From NCBI RefSeq assembly GCF_036321535.1, contig NC_087436.1, forward strand, positions 85,748,001 to 85,808,000: DNA of 60,000 bases. The letters are read 5' to 3'. Below are positions 26,577 through 36,549 of this stretch, piece after piece. The translations under genes were made by a program, and so were the position numbers. The stretch comes from Camelus dromedarius (Eukaryota). The notes beneath the pieces were generated by a model, which made no database searches, was not told the origin of the DNA, and saw nothing but the letters and a program-made list of their open reading frames with translations. The stretch's first letter is position 1. Every line of letters starts with the position of its first letter.

Positions 26577-29500
26577 AGTGCCTAAAGTCAAAAGGTGGGC
26601 TGTCACATATAAAATGTCAGAAACCAGAGCTGCTAGGCCATGCTTACTCATAGGTCCCCTCTACATTCAACAAAGATTTACACTAGACACACCCTAGATT
26701 CAAACTCTTACCACTGGTAACTCCCTTGTAGGCCCTTCTTCACCCTGGATTTGCAGCCATGAAAATATCTAGTTAAAGAGACTGCATGTGAAATTTTGCA
26801 TGCTATGATTTTTTCAAATGTCTTACAGTCCCTTTTTTAAAAAGGTTACTACCACACGTGTTGCAGCTACACTAAGCACATCCCTTGTCTGAGGGCTGTG
26901 AAATTAAATTCATTCTGGAGAAAATGCTGCTCCATCCTTGACCACTGCCTTGGAGGGGTCCCTGCACTGCAGTCCAGCTTCAAGAATTCCGCTCAGGACA
27001 TCGCCGCTCATTTCCTGGTGTCCTTCTTTAATCAGCTGGGGGAGACTTGAGGAAATGAGTCAAAATCCTAAGGGCCACTTCTGGCGGCCGTCAACAACAG
27101 CAGCAAAATCCATCACCACAACAACATCTGTACATAAACATGCGCCAAGGGAAGCCCACTAAATAACTTGGCATGTTTCTGATGAGAATCTGTTTGGAAG
27201 AAGAAAGGCTCTGGGTGGTGAGCTGCCATTATATCTCATCCGGCTCATCCAGGGTAAACGTCCAATGGTATTCCCCACCGCTGGGGGTTTTCTTTCTCAC
27301 GAGTACGCCGCAAGTATAGGATGCTCAGATCACTTTTCTTTGGAGTGGGGGATGGGAAAATTTCAACTGACTTGCACCAACACTTTAGAGGCAGCTTATC
27401 TCCATTTCTGAGGGACTCTAACTGCAATGGACAGCTAACACCTAAAGCCCTCACACCCAGGGTCAAATCCTACCTAGCCCACCCCAGGCAGCTATAATTT
27501 AATGACTTCCCCTTCAGTGAATACTTCCCTCCAATTGAAAATGCTCTAACCCAGACATCCTATGCCAGGCAATTCTAGGTCTTTTTCACCAAAATTGGGA
27601 AGGTGATGATCTTGACCATCCTGTATTCCCAGAACTTCCAACGATGCCTGGCACAGAATATTTAACAGTTTCAAATAAATCTCACTGTACAACTGATTCT
27701 GATAATCATGTGAATGGATCTATAGCTGGGCATATGGGGCCAACCTCAGGCTCCAGCACTGATTATTTTGGGAACTGGCTTATCCTCAGCCAGTTTCTCC
27801 AGTGATATGATAGGGATGGTACCTACCAGGGATTGAGAGGACAGGAAATGTCAGGTAAAGGCCCCAGCGCAGGGTCTGGCACTAACGTGAAATTTAAGGC
27901 ACATCAGAAAATGTGTTTGCAAGAGCACAGCGTGCATGATTTATAAAGTCCTAAGAAAAAAATGTGTAGGTGAGTGGGGAAGACCAGAATGGGGATAACC
28001 GAATTTTCTGGGATCCCTTTCTAAGACCATCATGTTATTTCCAGCAGGACAATAATCCAGAATGTCCTGTGTCCAGCTGCTGGGGATGACTCTAGCCTCA
28101 CACCTGCAGGAACAGGGGGAGAGTATGATGTGCTGGGCACAGGAGCTGTAAACACTGTGGTCGGGTGGGGTGGGGGGGCAGGGACAGAGGGTCCTGCAGA
28201 GTTGGCACCTTCTAGCCCTCAAAGTAAAACTGCAGGTGACCATGTGTGGACTGGGGAGAGGGTAACATAAACCACACCTCCCTGCTTTAAACAGGGGTAG
28301 AAGAGCAGGATACCACCAAGGGGTCCCTGTGAGCAAGAGAGGCAGAGTAATTTCAAGGAGGCAGGAAGGATTCAAAGAAAGGGTTCAGAAAAAGAGAAGA
28401 TTCTCCACTCAGAACACTGGAAGAGGAGAATCTGGGACCCAGAGGATCCTTCATGGTGCAGATGCCTCACTGTCCTGCCGAGGGCCCTGGACTCCCCCAA
28501 ATTTAAGGGACTGGCACAATGGCACACAGTCAATAAAAGCTGAGAAAAGGAGAACCAGGAAGGCAGTACAAGCCTTTGTCACTACACCATACTGCCCCCC
28601 AGGAGCCAGACCTTAACATCCCCTTTGCCAAAAATCTGTTGGATGGAGCAGGCTAATTATGAGGAATAAGGAAGCAATTGATTCATTTAATTTTAAAAAG
28701 AGGAAATCATCTGTGTGGTCTGTCTTTCCAGTGCCCTCATCGGGTCCGGTGCACACACCTTAACTGAAATTAAAATGTCAGGGCACAAAGATGTAATGAC
28801 CAAACGGCTTGTCTGAAGCTTAGGAGGTCAAATCCGCCACCGGAATCCGGACACTCAGTTCATGATCCCTCCTACTCTCTTCCCCTACAGGAAAGCCCTT
28901 ACAATGCCTTACAAGACCGGGAAGGGGCGGCTGCATCTTAAGACTTTACAAGAAAACTGACCAGCAGTCTATATAGCCAGTAACAACGATGCTTCCTTTG
29001 GAGCCCTTTAATTCCCCTTCTATCCTTACATTAACAAATCAGTCTTAAAAATTCAAAAAAAAAAAAAAAAAAGACCTGGGAAAGAGCAAGGCTTCAGGGG
29101 TTATCCGGGCGACCTGAGCTCGCTCGCGCACCAGCGACACCCAGAAAAAAAAGAGAAGGGGCAGGAATCTGAGGGCTTCCAGGAGCCTGCAAATTCTCCT
29201 CATTCTCCACCTGAAGACCCAAGTTCCCGCGCAGATGTAAGCGATTTTCACAGCAGCTTTAAGATCCAAGTAAGATTTGCAGAAAGTTCCACTCCATCTC
29301 CTACCCTCTACCACAGGCAGCCCTTAAGTAGAAAGATCACATAGGAAGGGGTCTTGCGAATCTTAAAATTCTCCCCTCAAAAACATGGACCTGCGATTAC
29401 AGGTCTTAGACACTGAGTCGAGGGGTTTGCAGAGCCCCGCCAGCCTGGCCGGGCACTCTTGCAGGACATAGGCAGTGGCCAGGGTCAGGGACCACTGTCC

Positions 29501-30399
29501 CGGCGCACAGTCCCTGCCTCCCTCAGGAGCAGGCAGCAAACGTATCCACCCGCCGCTCTGAGGCGCGCTGCAGAAAAGAAACGGCACCGCGGCAGAAAGG
29601 GGCGAGCCTCGGGCACGGGATCTACAAAAGCAAAAAGTCTGCAACCTAGCGGCTGCTTTCCACACGCCCTGCTCAAGTTGTCCCCGGAACCGCACCTCCA
29701 GGTTGGCGGCCCCAGAGCCGCACGCGGCGCGCTCCCCGTGCAAAAAGCGACCCGGGGACGCCGCAGCCTTCGACTCGGGTCCAGGGTGGCGCCGCGAGCA
29801 GACGAGGCAGCCGGTACGGTCTCCGGCTCTGGTGCACAAAGAGCGCAGCGGTTTGGAAGGTAGCTGCCGCACAGCAAAGCAAAGGTTCTCCTCCAACTTC
29901 GCCCTCGGCGCGGAGGAGAACCTGCTAGCCGGTTCTCCCGTGCCCCGCTCACACACGCACAACTTTTAACAAAAGGAAGCAGCGGCCGCGCCTCTCCGGG
30001 CGGAGATAACGCGCTGGGTGCGAACCCCCGAGCCGCCTGCCTCTGCCCCGGCTCGCCCTGCGCACAAAAGCAGCCCCAAACTCGCACGCAGCCCGCTGCC
30101 CTCAACCCGCACCTTGCTCACGCCTAAGCCCCCTCACCGCCCCCGTTCCACGAAGACCCCCAGCTCAGAGCCCCAACACAAGCGGCGGGGGGCTCCTGGC
30201 GCAGGTGAGCAGGGCAGGATGCAGGAGGGTCCCAGGGCCGCCGCGAATCTTCCGGGAGGCTGAAACGCACGGGCACCGGAGGACCGGCAGCCACCTCTCC
30301 CAACACATCCCAACGTGTTCGAGCCCTCGGGAGGCACAGGCTGCGCTGGCGGGGGGGCGAGGGGGGGGCGCGGCCCGGCTGCCCGCGGCGTCCTCCCAC

Positions 30400-30466
30400 C
30401 TGTGTGGACGCGGAGCAGGAGAAGCAGGACGAAGAGGAAATCCCAGGCGCCGCGAGCGCCTCTCAT
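30400..30466 (-). CDS. KIT: KIT receptor tyrosine kinase (CD117), coding part of exon 1 (signal peptide)
   Basis: Minus strand translates to MRGARGAWDFLFVLLLLLRVHT+G, near-identical to the mammalian KIT N-terminus. ATG at 30466-30464 in context GCCACCGCG-ATG. The exon ends after 67 coding nt at ACAG|GTGGGA (GT at 30399-30398), matching the known length and phase of KIT exon 1. Confidence 0.97.
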
Positions 30467-30555
30467 CGCGGTGGCTGCGCTGGGACCGGAGCTCTGTTCC
30501 ACGTTCCTGCTCTCGCCCAAGTGCACCGAGCGCGGCAAAGCCAAGCCCCCAGAGC
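30467..30555 (-). other. KIT: KIT 5' UTR (exon 1 non-coding part; transcription start approximate)
   Basis: Minus strand reads TCTGGGGGCTTGGCTTTGCCGCGCTCGGTGCACTTGGGCGAGAGCAGGAACGTGGAACAGAGCTC...GCAGCCACCGCG, closely resembling the recalled human KIT 5' UTR. The start site cannot be fixed from sequence alone. Confidence 0.75.
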
Positions 30556-30574
30556 CGCGAGCGCGGAGCAGCAG

Positions 30575-30660
30575 CCCCTCCTCCCAGCGCCCTCCTCCGG
30601 CGCGCCGGCCACGCCCCTTCTCCGCGCCCCTCCTCGCCTCCCCTCCCTCCTTCCCGCCTG
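30575..30660 (-). promoter_or_regulatory. KIT: KIT core promoter G-rich tract, positionally equivalent to the kit2 / kit*-Sp1 / kit1 G-quadruplex elements
   Basis: Minus strand: CAGGCGGGAAGGAGGGAGGGG-A-GGCGAGGAGGGGCGCGGAGAAGGGGCGTGGCCGGCGCG-CC-GGAGGAGGGCGCTGGGAGGAGGGG. Same order and position as human kit2, kit* and kit1. Confidence 0.85.
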
Positions 30661-30912
30661 GGTCTCGCTCCCTGGCGGCGGCGTCTGACCCCTGCTCTTT
30701 AGACGTGCTGATCCCGGGGGACTGAGCCTGCAGGGAGGGGGGAGGGCACGCCGGCCCTCTCCGCCCGCTCCCGACTTCAGAGCCCCTTCATCTCTCCACC
30801 TCTCCTCCCCTGTGATGTGGTCCGGCCGCCGGAGGCGGTTCCGGGACGAGGGTGGTGCTGCCCGCGCGCTTTGTGAAGCTGGGCACCACGCGCACATCAG
30901 GGCACGGGCAGC

Positions 30913-30925
30913 CACCTGGCAGGTG
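30913..30925. promoter_or_regulatory. Palindromic double E-box CACCTG-G-CAGGTG about 450 bp upstream of the ATG
   Basis: Seen directly. A CACCTG E-box in the Kit promoter has been described as a MITF-responsive site; orthology of this site is inferred. Confidence 0.55.
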
Positions 30926-33094
30926 CTCCCTAGACAATAAAGGTCCGCCTCCTCCCCTCGAACACGCCCCCGAGGGAGGAAGCTGGGGGCCGAAGATAGT
31001 GGAGGTACTCCGGGGGACAGGTATTGGGGGAACCTAGGCCCCAACATTCTGCTCTATTCCTGCTATTCGAGGAGGACCAAGCGTGGCGCCTGGCACCGCA
31101 GTAAAAGGCTGGGCCAGGGCGTAGGTAATTCTTAATGCTGTTTCTTCACCTGCTGCTTAATCTGTAAGAACACAGTTGTTTACTATTGGTCGGCGTGGCC
31201 TCTGCCCAACAAGCCCCTGCTGAGACCTTTCTGGAGACTGCGGCTTTGGGGTAGGGAGTGGTGCCTGGCGAAGTTTGCTGTGGGAACCCGAGTTTTTAAA
31301 TCCACTTGTGCCCGCGTCGTTGTGCTAAACCCTCCTGGCGCCTTTTTTTTTTTTCCCCTCTCTATCAGACGACAGTTACCGGGGTGGGGATTTTTGTGTT
31401 CCTCTTAGCTGCCCGAGCCTGCACCAAGAGCAAAACAATAGTAAAACGATCCTCTTAAGCCAAGTTCCACTGCCTAGGAAGTGCTTTACCCAAGGAAACA
31501 ACAGTATCTGTATAGGGTTTTATAGTTCCTCCTTAGGGTGAATGTTATTTCATGCTCACAATAACAGCTTTGTGAGGTAGATATGTTTATTATTTTGCTT
31601 CTAAAAGTGACCCAAGATCACAGCTAAGAGAGGGGAGACCCAATTATTTTAAGATGCAATGAGCTTTCTCTGCATTCTAATAAATCAGTAAAACACCTCT
31701 CTAGAAAGCTGAAGAGTGGAAAATAAATTGGAAGTGCCCATCAGAAAGAGCTACAGAATAATTTAGATACACCTGGACTCTTCTCTAAGGTAGCATCCAA
31801 AATTTATAATTAGCCAGTTCTCCCCCTGCTTTATTTAATATTGAAAGCTCTCCTGTTTGTTGCTGATAGGACCTAAATTGGTTTAAGAAAAGTGATTTTT
31901 AAAGCTAATCACTTTAAAATGATCATTACTCGACCACTGTATATGATTGTCTCTTTAAATGTATTCTTTATATTCATTCAATAAGCATTTAAGTGTTCAC
32001 CGTGAACAAAGAGGAGGAGCTAGGCACTGGGAGGACTATTGTTCATAGACAGCTGGGGGCCTTGCCACAATCTTTGTGGTCAAGTGGGGGAACCCACACC
32101 CCAATGTCCTAGCAAATGGTTCAAGTCATACAGCTGTGGGAGACCAGAAATTCAAAGGGCTCTGTTTGTGCTCTGGGCCATCAGACCACCTCTTTTTCTT
32201 AGAATGACAGAGATAAAAGCTATCACTCAAAGCAATCATAAGTTTCTGAGATCTCGATTTATTTCCAAAGTTATTCTGTACTGGGGGAAAAAATCACTAT
32301 GTGTTAAAATATCAACATTATGCCTGAGAGAGAAAATTTACAATTTTCTTCTTCAATCAGCTGATATTGGAGAGGATAACAAGTCTTCAGAAGAGTGGGT
32401 GAAAAAAAAGGCCATATTGCAATTTAATTCTAAGCAGGAAACGTCTACCAGGGAAAAAAAAAAAGGATAGGGCACTATACAATGCTGGACTGTCATTCAT
32501 GCCCACCATTCATAAACACGTATCAGCACTGAAGTAGGCATAAGCTACAGAAATCAAAAGACAGATCCTTTGCCTAGAGGAGTCAGTCCAGGAGGGATAA
32601 CAGATACCCAAATAAGATACTATAATAGTTACCAGGCCTCATGTTCAGCCAGTAACACCAAGTTGGCCATATTTGTTGGTGGAATATTGAAATCTTTCTG
32701 TACTGACTGGGAAAAAAGCTACTTCCCTGAACACCTAAGTGTCCTCTCTCTCCAGCTTCTCCCTTGAGATACCCCAAATCTTCCCAGATCTAGTAATTAA
32801 AAGTTTAATGCTGGTCACAGCAGAGAGCCTCCAGTCCCTATGCCTTTAGGGTTATTAGCTATTTTTAATAACACCCCCTGCCAGCTATGTACTAAAAGGA
32901 GGCATATAAAAGGTGCTATGAGTGAGCTGCCCTGGAAATGAACTAGATTTTAGACCATGTCCAATAGAAGCATTTACCATAATGGAAACGTTTTATATGT
33001 CAGGTGAGATGTATGGGACCAGTTCTGCACTCTTTTGTGATAGCCCTGGACCGATTCGTGAATTATACTTTATATGTCTTTATTGTTTTCCTAA

Positions 33095-33650
33095 CTGTAT
33101 TAGTGAGAACTCTTGACTGCAACTCGTAGAAACCCAGCTCAGACTGAAAAGCAAACAAAGAAACCTAAAATGTATTGACTCATATAACTGAAAAGTCCAG
33201 GGATGATAATGTTGCAGGCTTTCCTAGATCTAAGAGCTCAGAGTCATCAGGACTTGAAGGTATGTGTGTGTGCATGTGTGTGTGTGTGCGCGTGCACACA
33301 TGCATTCTTCCCCATCTCCATCCTTCAGCAATACTTTTCTGTATTGCTTTTCTGACCTCATGTGCAGCTCTAGGCTTACAGCTCATTAGTACTGAGGCGA
33401 GAAGAGCTTTTCCACCTTCAGGAACATCTCCAATAAATGTACAGACTTGGCTGAAGTCACATGCCCATCCAGAACCAGTCACTGAAGCCAGACAGATGGA
33501 ACAGGAGGATTGGCCAGGCCTGGGTCACATGCCCACCCCTGAGGCCAGAGTTAAGGGCCCACTTCATCAACATCACGAGGCTTAAAAATGGAGAGGGTTG
33601 CGTCCCCAAAGAAAAAGTGAGGTCCTCTCACCAGAAGGAGGAATGATGTT
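33095..33650 (-). mobile_element. Old MLT1-like LTR
   Basis: TGCAACTCGTAGAAACCCAGCTCAGACTG...TATTGACTCATATAACTGAAAAGTCCAGG...GATTGGCCAGGCCTGGGTCACATGCCCACCCCTG. Confidence 0.65.
33260..33305. repeat. Alternating purine-pyrimidine (TG/CA/CG) tract
   Basis: GTATGTGTGTGTGCATGTGTGTGTGTGTGCGCGTGCACACATGCAT, 46 nt of uninterrupted alternation. Confidence 0.88.
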
Positions 33651-34369
33651 GCACAAAGCGAGTTAAAAATGTTCACTATAGTCTCACACAGCCCAAATCT
33701 ATAATTTGAATTATTTTTATATTTCTGATTGTGAAAGTAAAGATGTTTATTGTAAAAAATTTAGAAAAATACCCAAAATTGTAATGAACAAAACAAAACA
33801 AAAATCTCCAAGATCTAATTACTGAAGGGTTCATTTTGGTGTATTTCTTTCAAATCTTTTTTCTCTGCTTATTCTAAGCATTTTTTTCCATTATATGATT
33901 TAAGATTTTTATGATATTTGCTAGTTGTCTGTCTAGCTTTTTCATTAATTATAACATAAGCATTGTCCCAGATCATTAAAAATCCTTTGGAAACATAACA
34001 TATAATGGTAATATAATGTTCAGTCAGTCATATGTATGTACCATAATTCTGGATGTTTAATCATTTCTCTATATTTTCCAGCTTTTTTTTTCTATCATAA
34101 ATTACTTTGTGGTAAAGATCTTGGTGGATAAAACTTCCCTGTCTCTGATTATTTAGAATAGCTTCCTAGACGTGGAATGACTACATCAAGGGAACAAGCC
34201 TTGCCAAGTTGTCTACTTAATGGTCCTTGTTTTTCTAGTAACCATTCGAAAGTCTTCTGTCCATCAAGTGGGACAAATGAATATATGATCCTTATTGGTA
34301 GGCTCCATGCTAACAATAACCCTACCAGTTTGTGAGGATGAAAAAAGATAATGGTACTCTCTCAGTTCA

Positions 34370-35570
34370 AGCTTTCATTCAGTATTTATTGAACACCTTC
34401 CATGTACCAGATGTGCTGTGTTAGGTGCTGGAAATGCAGTTAGACAAGACCCAGATGCTGTCCTCGAAGTGTCCTCTGACATGTACAGAGAAAGAAGAGA
34501 GGCACGTAAGGGGGTTAAAGATTAAATCATTACACGTGCTGTAACAGAGCTAAGCCCAGGGTGATGTTTGAACATATACATCATATTGTATGGTGGCCTC
34601 ATGAGACACCCCGAAATAGGTGGCAGTTAGATTCTGAGGCATCAGGAGGAGAGGAAGGTGGAACAGGGGAGAATGTTGGAGGGGTAGGAAGCACACATGC
34701 AAAGGGCTAGAGGCGTGAAACCTCGTGAGGCACATGAACCATAAGTAACGTGGCACAGCTAACGGAAGTGGGATCTGGGCTGGGGGTCGGGGGTCAGGGG
34801 GAGAGTTGAGACCACAGAGATAAACAAGAACCATTTGTGCCAAGAAACATGAACTTCACCCTCCGAGGAGGGATGAAGCTATGAAGAGTCACTAAAGGAC
34901 TTTACTCCGGGGGCAGATGAGATAAGATTTCCATTTTGGAAAGACAGTGGGGAAGCTCAGTGAAGGATGAATGGAAAGAAGCCAAAACTTGAGGCAGGAA
35001 GTAAATAGTAAGGAGCTAAATGTGGGGAACCACGGAAGGAATGGTGAACTGGATTAGGTTCCCAGAGATGAGAATGGCGAGGGGGGTGAAGGAGAGAGAC
35101 GCTTAGCAGACCCAGTAGATGGTGATCACTGACAGTATTGTGGTAGGTGAGTGGAGGGAGGGACAGATGTCTGGTGTCAGCTGCCACCTGCTTCCCTGCA
35201 GCAAGACATGGAAGCAGGTTTGTAATGGAAAGAGAAGGATGTGGAGTTGAGCCTGGCGGGTTCTCGCCAGCCAGATCTGCGGACCTGAAGCTCAGCATGG
35301 GGCCGGGCCATAGAGAGGTGGCTGCAGCCAAGGGTTTGGGTGAGGTCACCCCAGATGGAGTGTACCCCACAGGAAAAACAGGGGCTGATGTCAGCACTAA
35401 GGGAAACACATTTAAAGGACAAGCAGAAAAAGAGGATCCCACAAAGGCCAGAATTCAGATAAGGAAGGGTCAGAAAGGCAAAAACAGAGAGGGCTGTGGC
35501 ACAAGGAGATTTCAGGGAGTGTTCAGGTGTCACTTATCTCTTAGGGAGGTCAAATAAGATAAGGGCAGAA
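34370..35570 (+). mobile_element. L2 LINE fragment (plus strand shows the CATTCA-rich end)
   Basis: TTCATTCAGTATTTATTGAACACCTTCCATGTACCAG...GTGCTGGAAATGCAGT...ATGCAAAGGGCTAGAGG...TTTAAAGGACAAGCAGAAAAAGAGGA. Confidence 0.65.
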
Positions 35571-35637
35571 AAGCATCAGTTGGCATTGGTAATCCTGTAA
35601 TAAGAACTGACAACGCCTAGCCAATTCCAAATTCTTT

Positions 35638-35891
35638 TTTTTTTCCTCTTTTTTTTTTATTGAGGTATAGTCATTTCACAATGCTGTGTCAATTTCTGTT
35701 CTACAGCACAATGCTTCAGTCATACATGAATATACGTATATTCATTTTCATATTCTTTTTCACCATGAACTAGTACTACAAGATATTGAATATATTTCCC
35801 TGTGCAATACAGTATAAACTTGTTTATCTATTTTATATACATTAGTCAGTATCTGCAAATCTCAAACTCCCAGTTTATCCCTTCCCACCCC
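35638..35891 (-). mobile_element. 5'-truncated L1 3' end with perfect TSD, inserted into a MIR
   Basis: Poly-T followed by L1 3' UTR, with 11-bp direct repeat CCAAATTCTTT at 35627-35637 and 35892-35902. Confidence 0.87.
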
Positions 35892-35904
35892 CCAAATTCT
35901 TTAT

Positions 35905-36075
35905 ATCAACTCACTCATTTCATCCTCACAATAACTCTACCAGGTAGGTAGTCCTGGTCTCCCCCGCTTTACAGATGAGGAAACTGAGGCTCAGGGGACT
36001 TAAGTAACTTGCACTAAATTTGCTCCAAGATGTGGATCCTTGGCAGGCCGACTTCATAGCCCCTGTGCTTCGTTC
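35905..36075 (-). mobile_element. MIR SINE
   Basis: TTTACAGATGAGGAAACTGAGGCTCAG...TAAGTAACTTGC core. Confidence 0.8.
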
Positions 36076-36431
36076 CCGTGATAATTTGCTTCTCTAGTTA
36101 ACCTAGAGGTCATTGGTGACTAAACACATATTCACACACACAGACACAGACACACAGTTTGTGATGCCAGAATTCATGCTGCAGTGGGTTGAACAATACA
36201 GTAGAGGTACAGAGGTAGATCCAGGGATTTATTGTTTGATAAATTTTCAAGAGATTGAATGGTATAAGGAAGGAGGGCATTGGAACAAGAGATCAAAGGG
36301 AGACTGGGAAGCCTTGAGCAGCTGGTAGGCTGAGGTGAAAACACCAGAGAGGGAGATTTTGAAAATCCAGCTGGTGGGGGAGGATGGTTGAAAAGGGGAG
36401 AGGAAAACAGAATCTAAAGCCAAGGCAGTGT

Positions 36432-36549
36432 GGGGAGGATATAGCTCAGTGGTAGAGCGAATGCTTAGATGCACGAGGTCCTGGATTCAATCACCAGTAC
36501 CTTCGTCAAATAAATAAACAAAAACCTAATTACCTCCCCCTAAAAATAA

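Larger units (their letters stand above)
1..30399 (-). other. KIT: KIT intron 1 (partial; continues beyond the left edge)
   Basis: Begins at the GT donor 30399-30398. No KIT exon-2 peptide (SSQPSVSP-like) appears in the ORF track or was seen by eye. KIT intron 1 is known to be tens of kb long. Confidence 0.85.
29100..31420. promoter_or_regulatory. KIT: CpG island spanning the KIT promoter, exon 1 and start of intron 1
   Basis: Abrupt rise in GC content and CpG density (many CGCG, GCGGCCGC, CCGCGG) against a CpG-depleted background. No obvious TATA box. Confidence 0.93.

Noticed and set aside
30134..30544. 136-aa ORF extending KIT upstream from a TTG and downstream through the donor
   Set aside because: Only 30466-30400 matches KIT. 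The upstream part is 5' UTR and the downstream part is intron; the lack of stops is expected in very GC-rich DNA.
29363..31047. Many overlapping 130-206 aa ORFs on both strands
   Set aside because: Pro/Arg/Ala/Gly-rich low-complexity translations typical of a CpG island, with no recognisable domains.
31121..31130. AG|GTAATT donor-like site on the + strand suggesting a divergent lncRNA first exon
   Set aside because: A single short motif without transcript evidence; cannot be supported from sequence alone.
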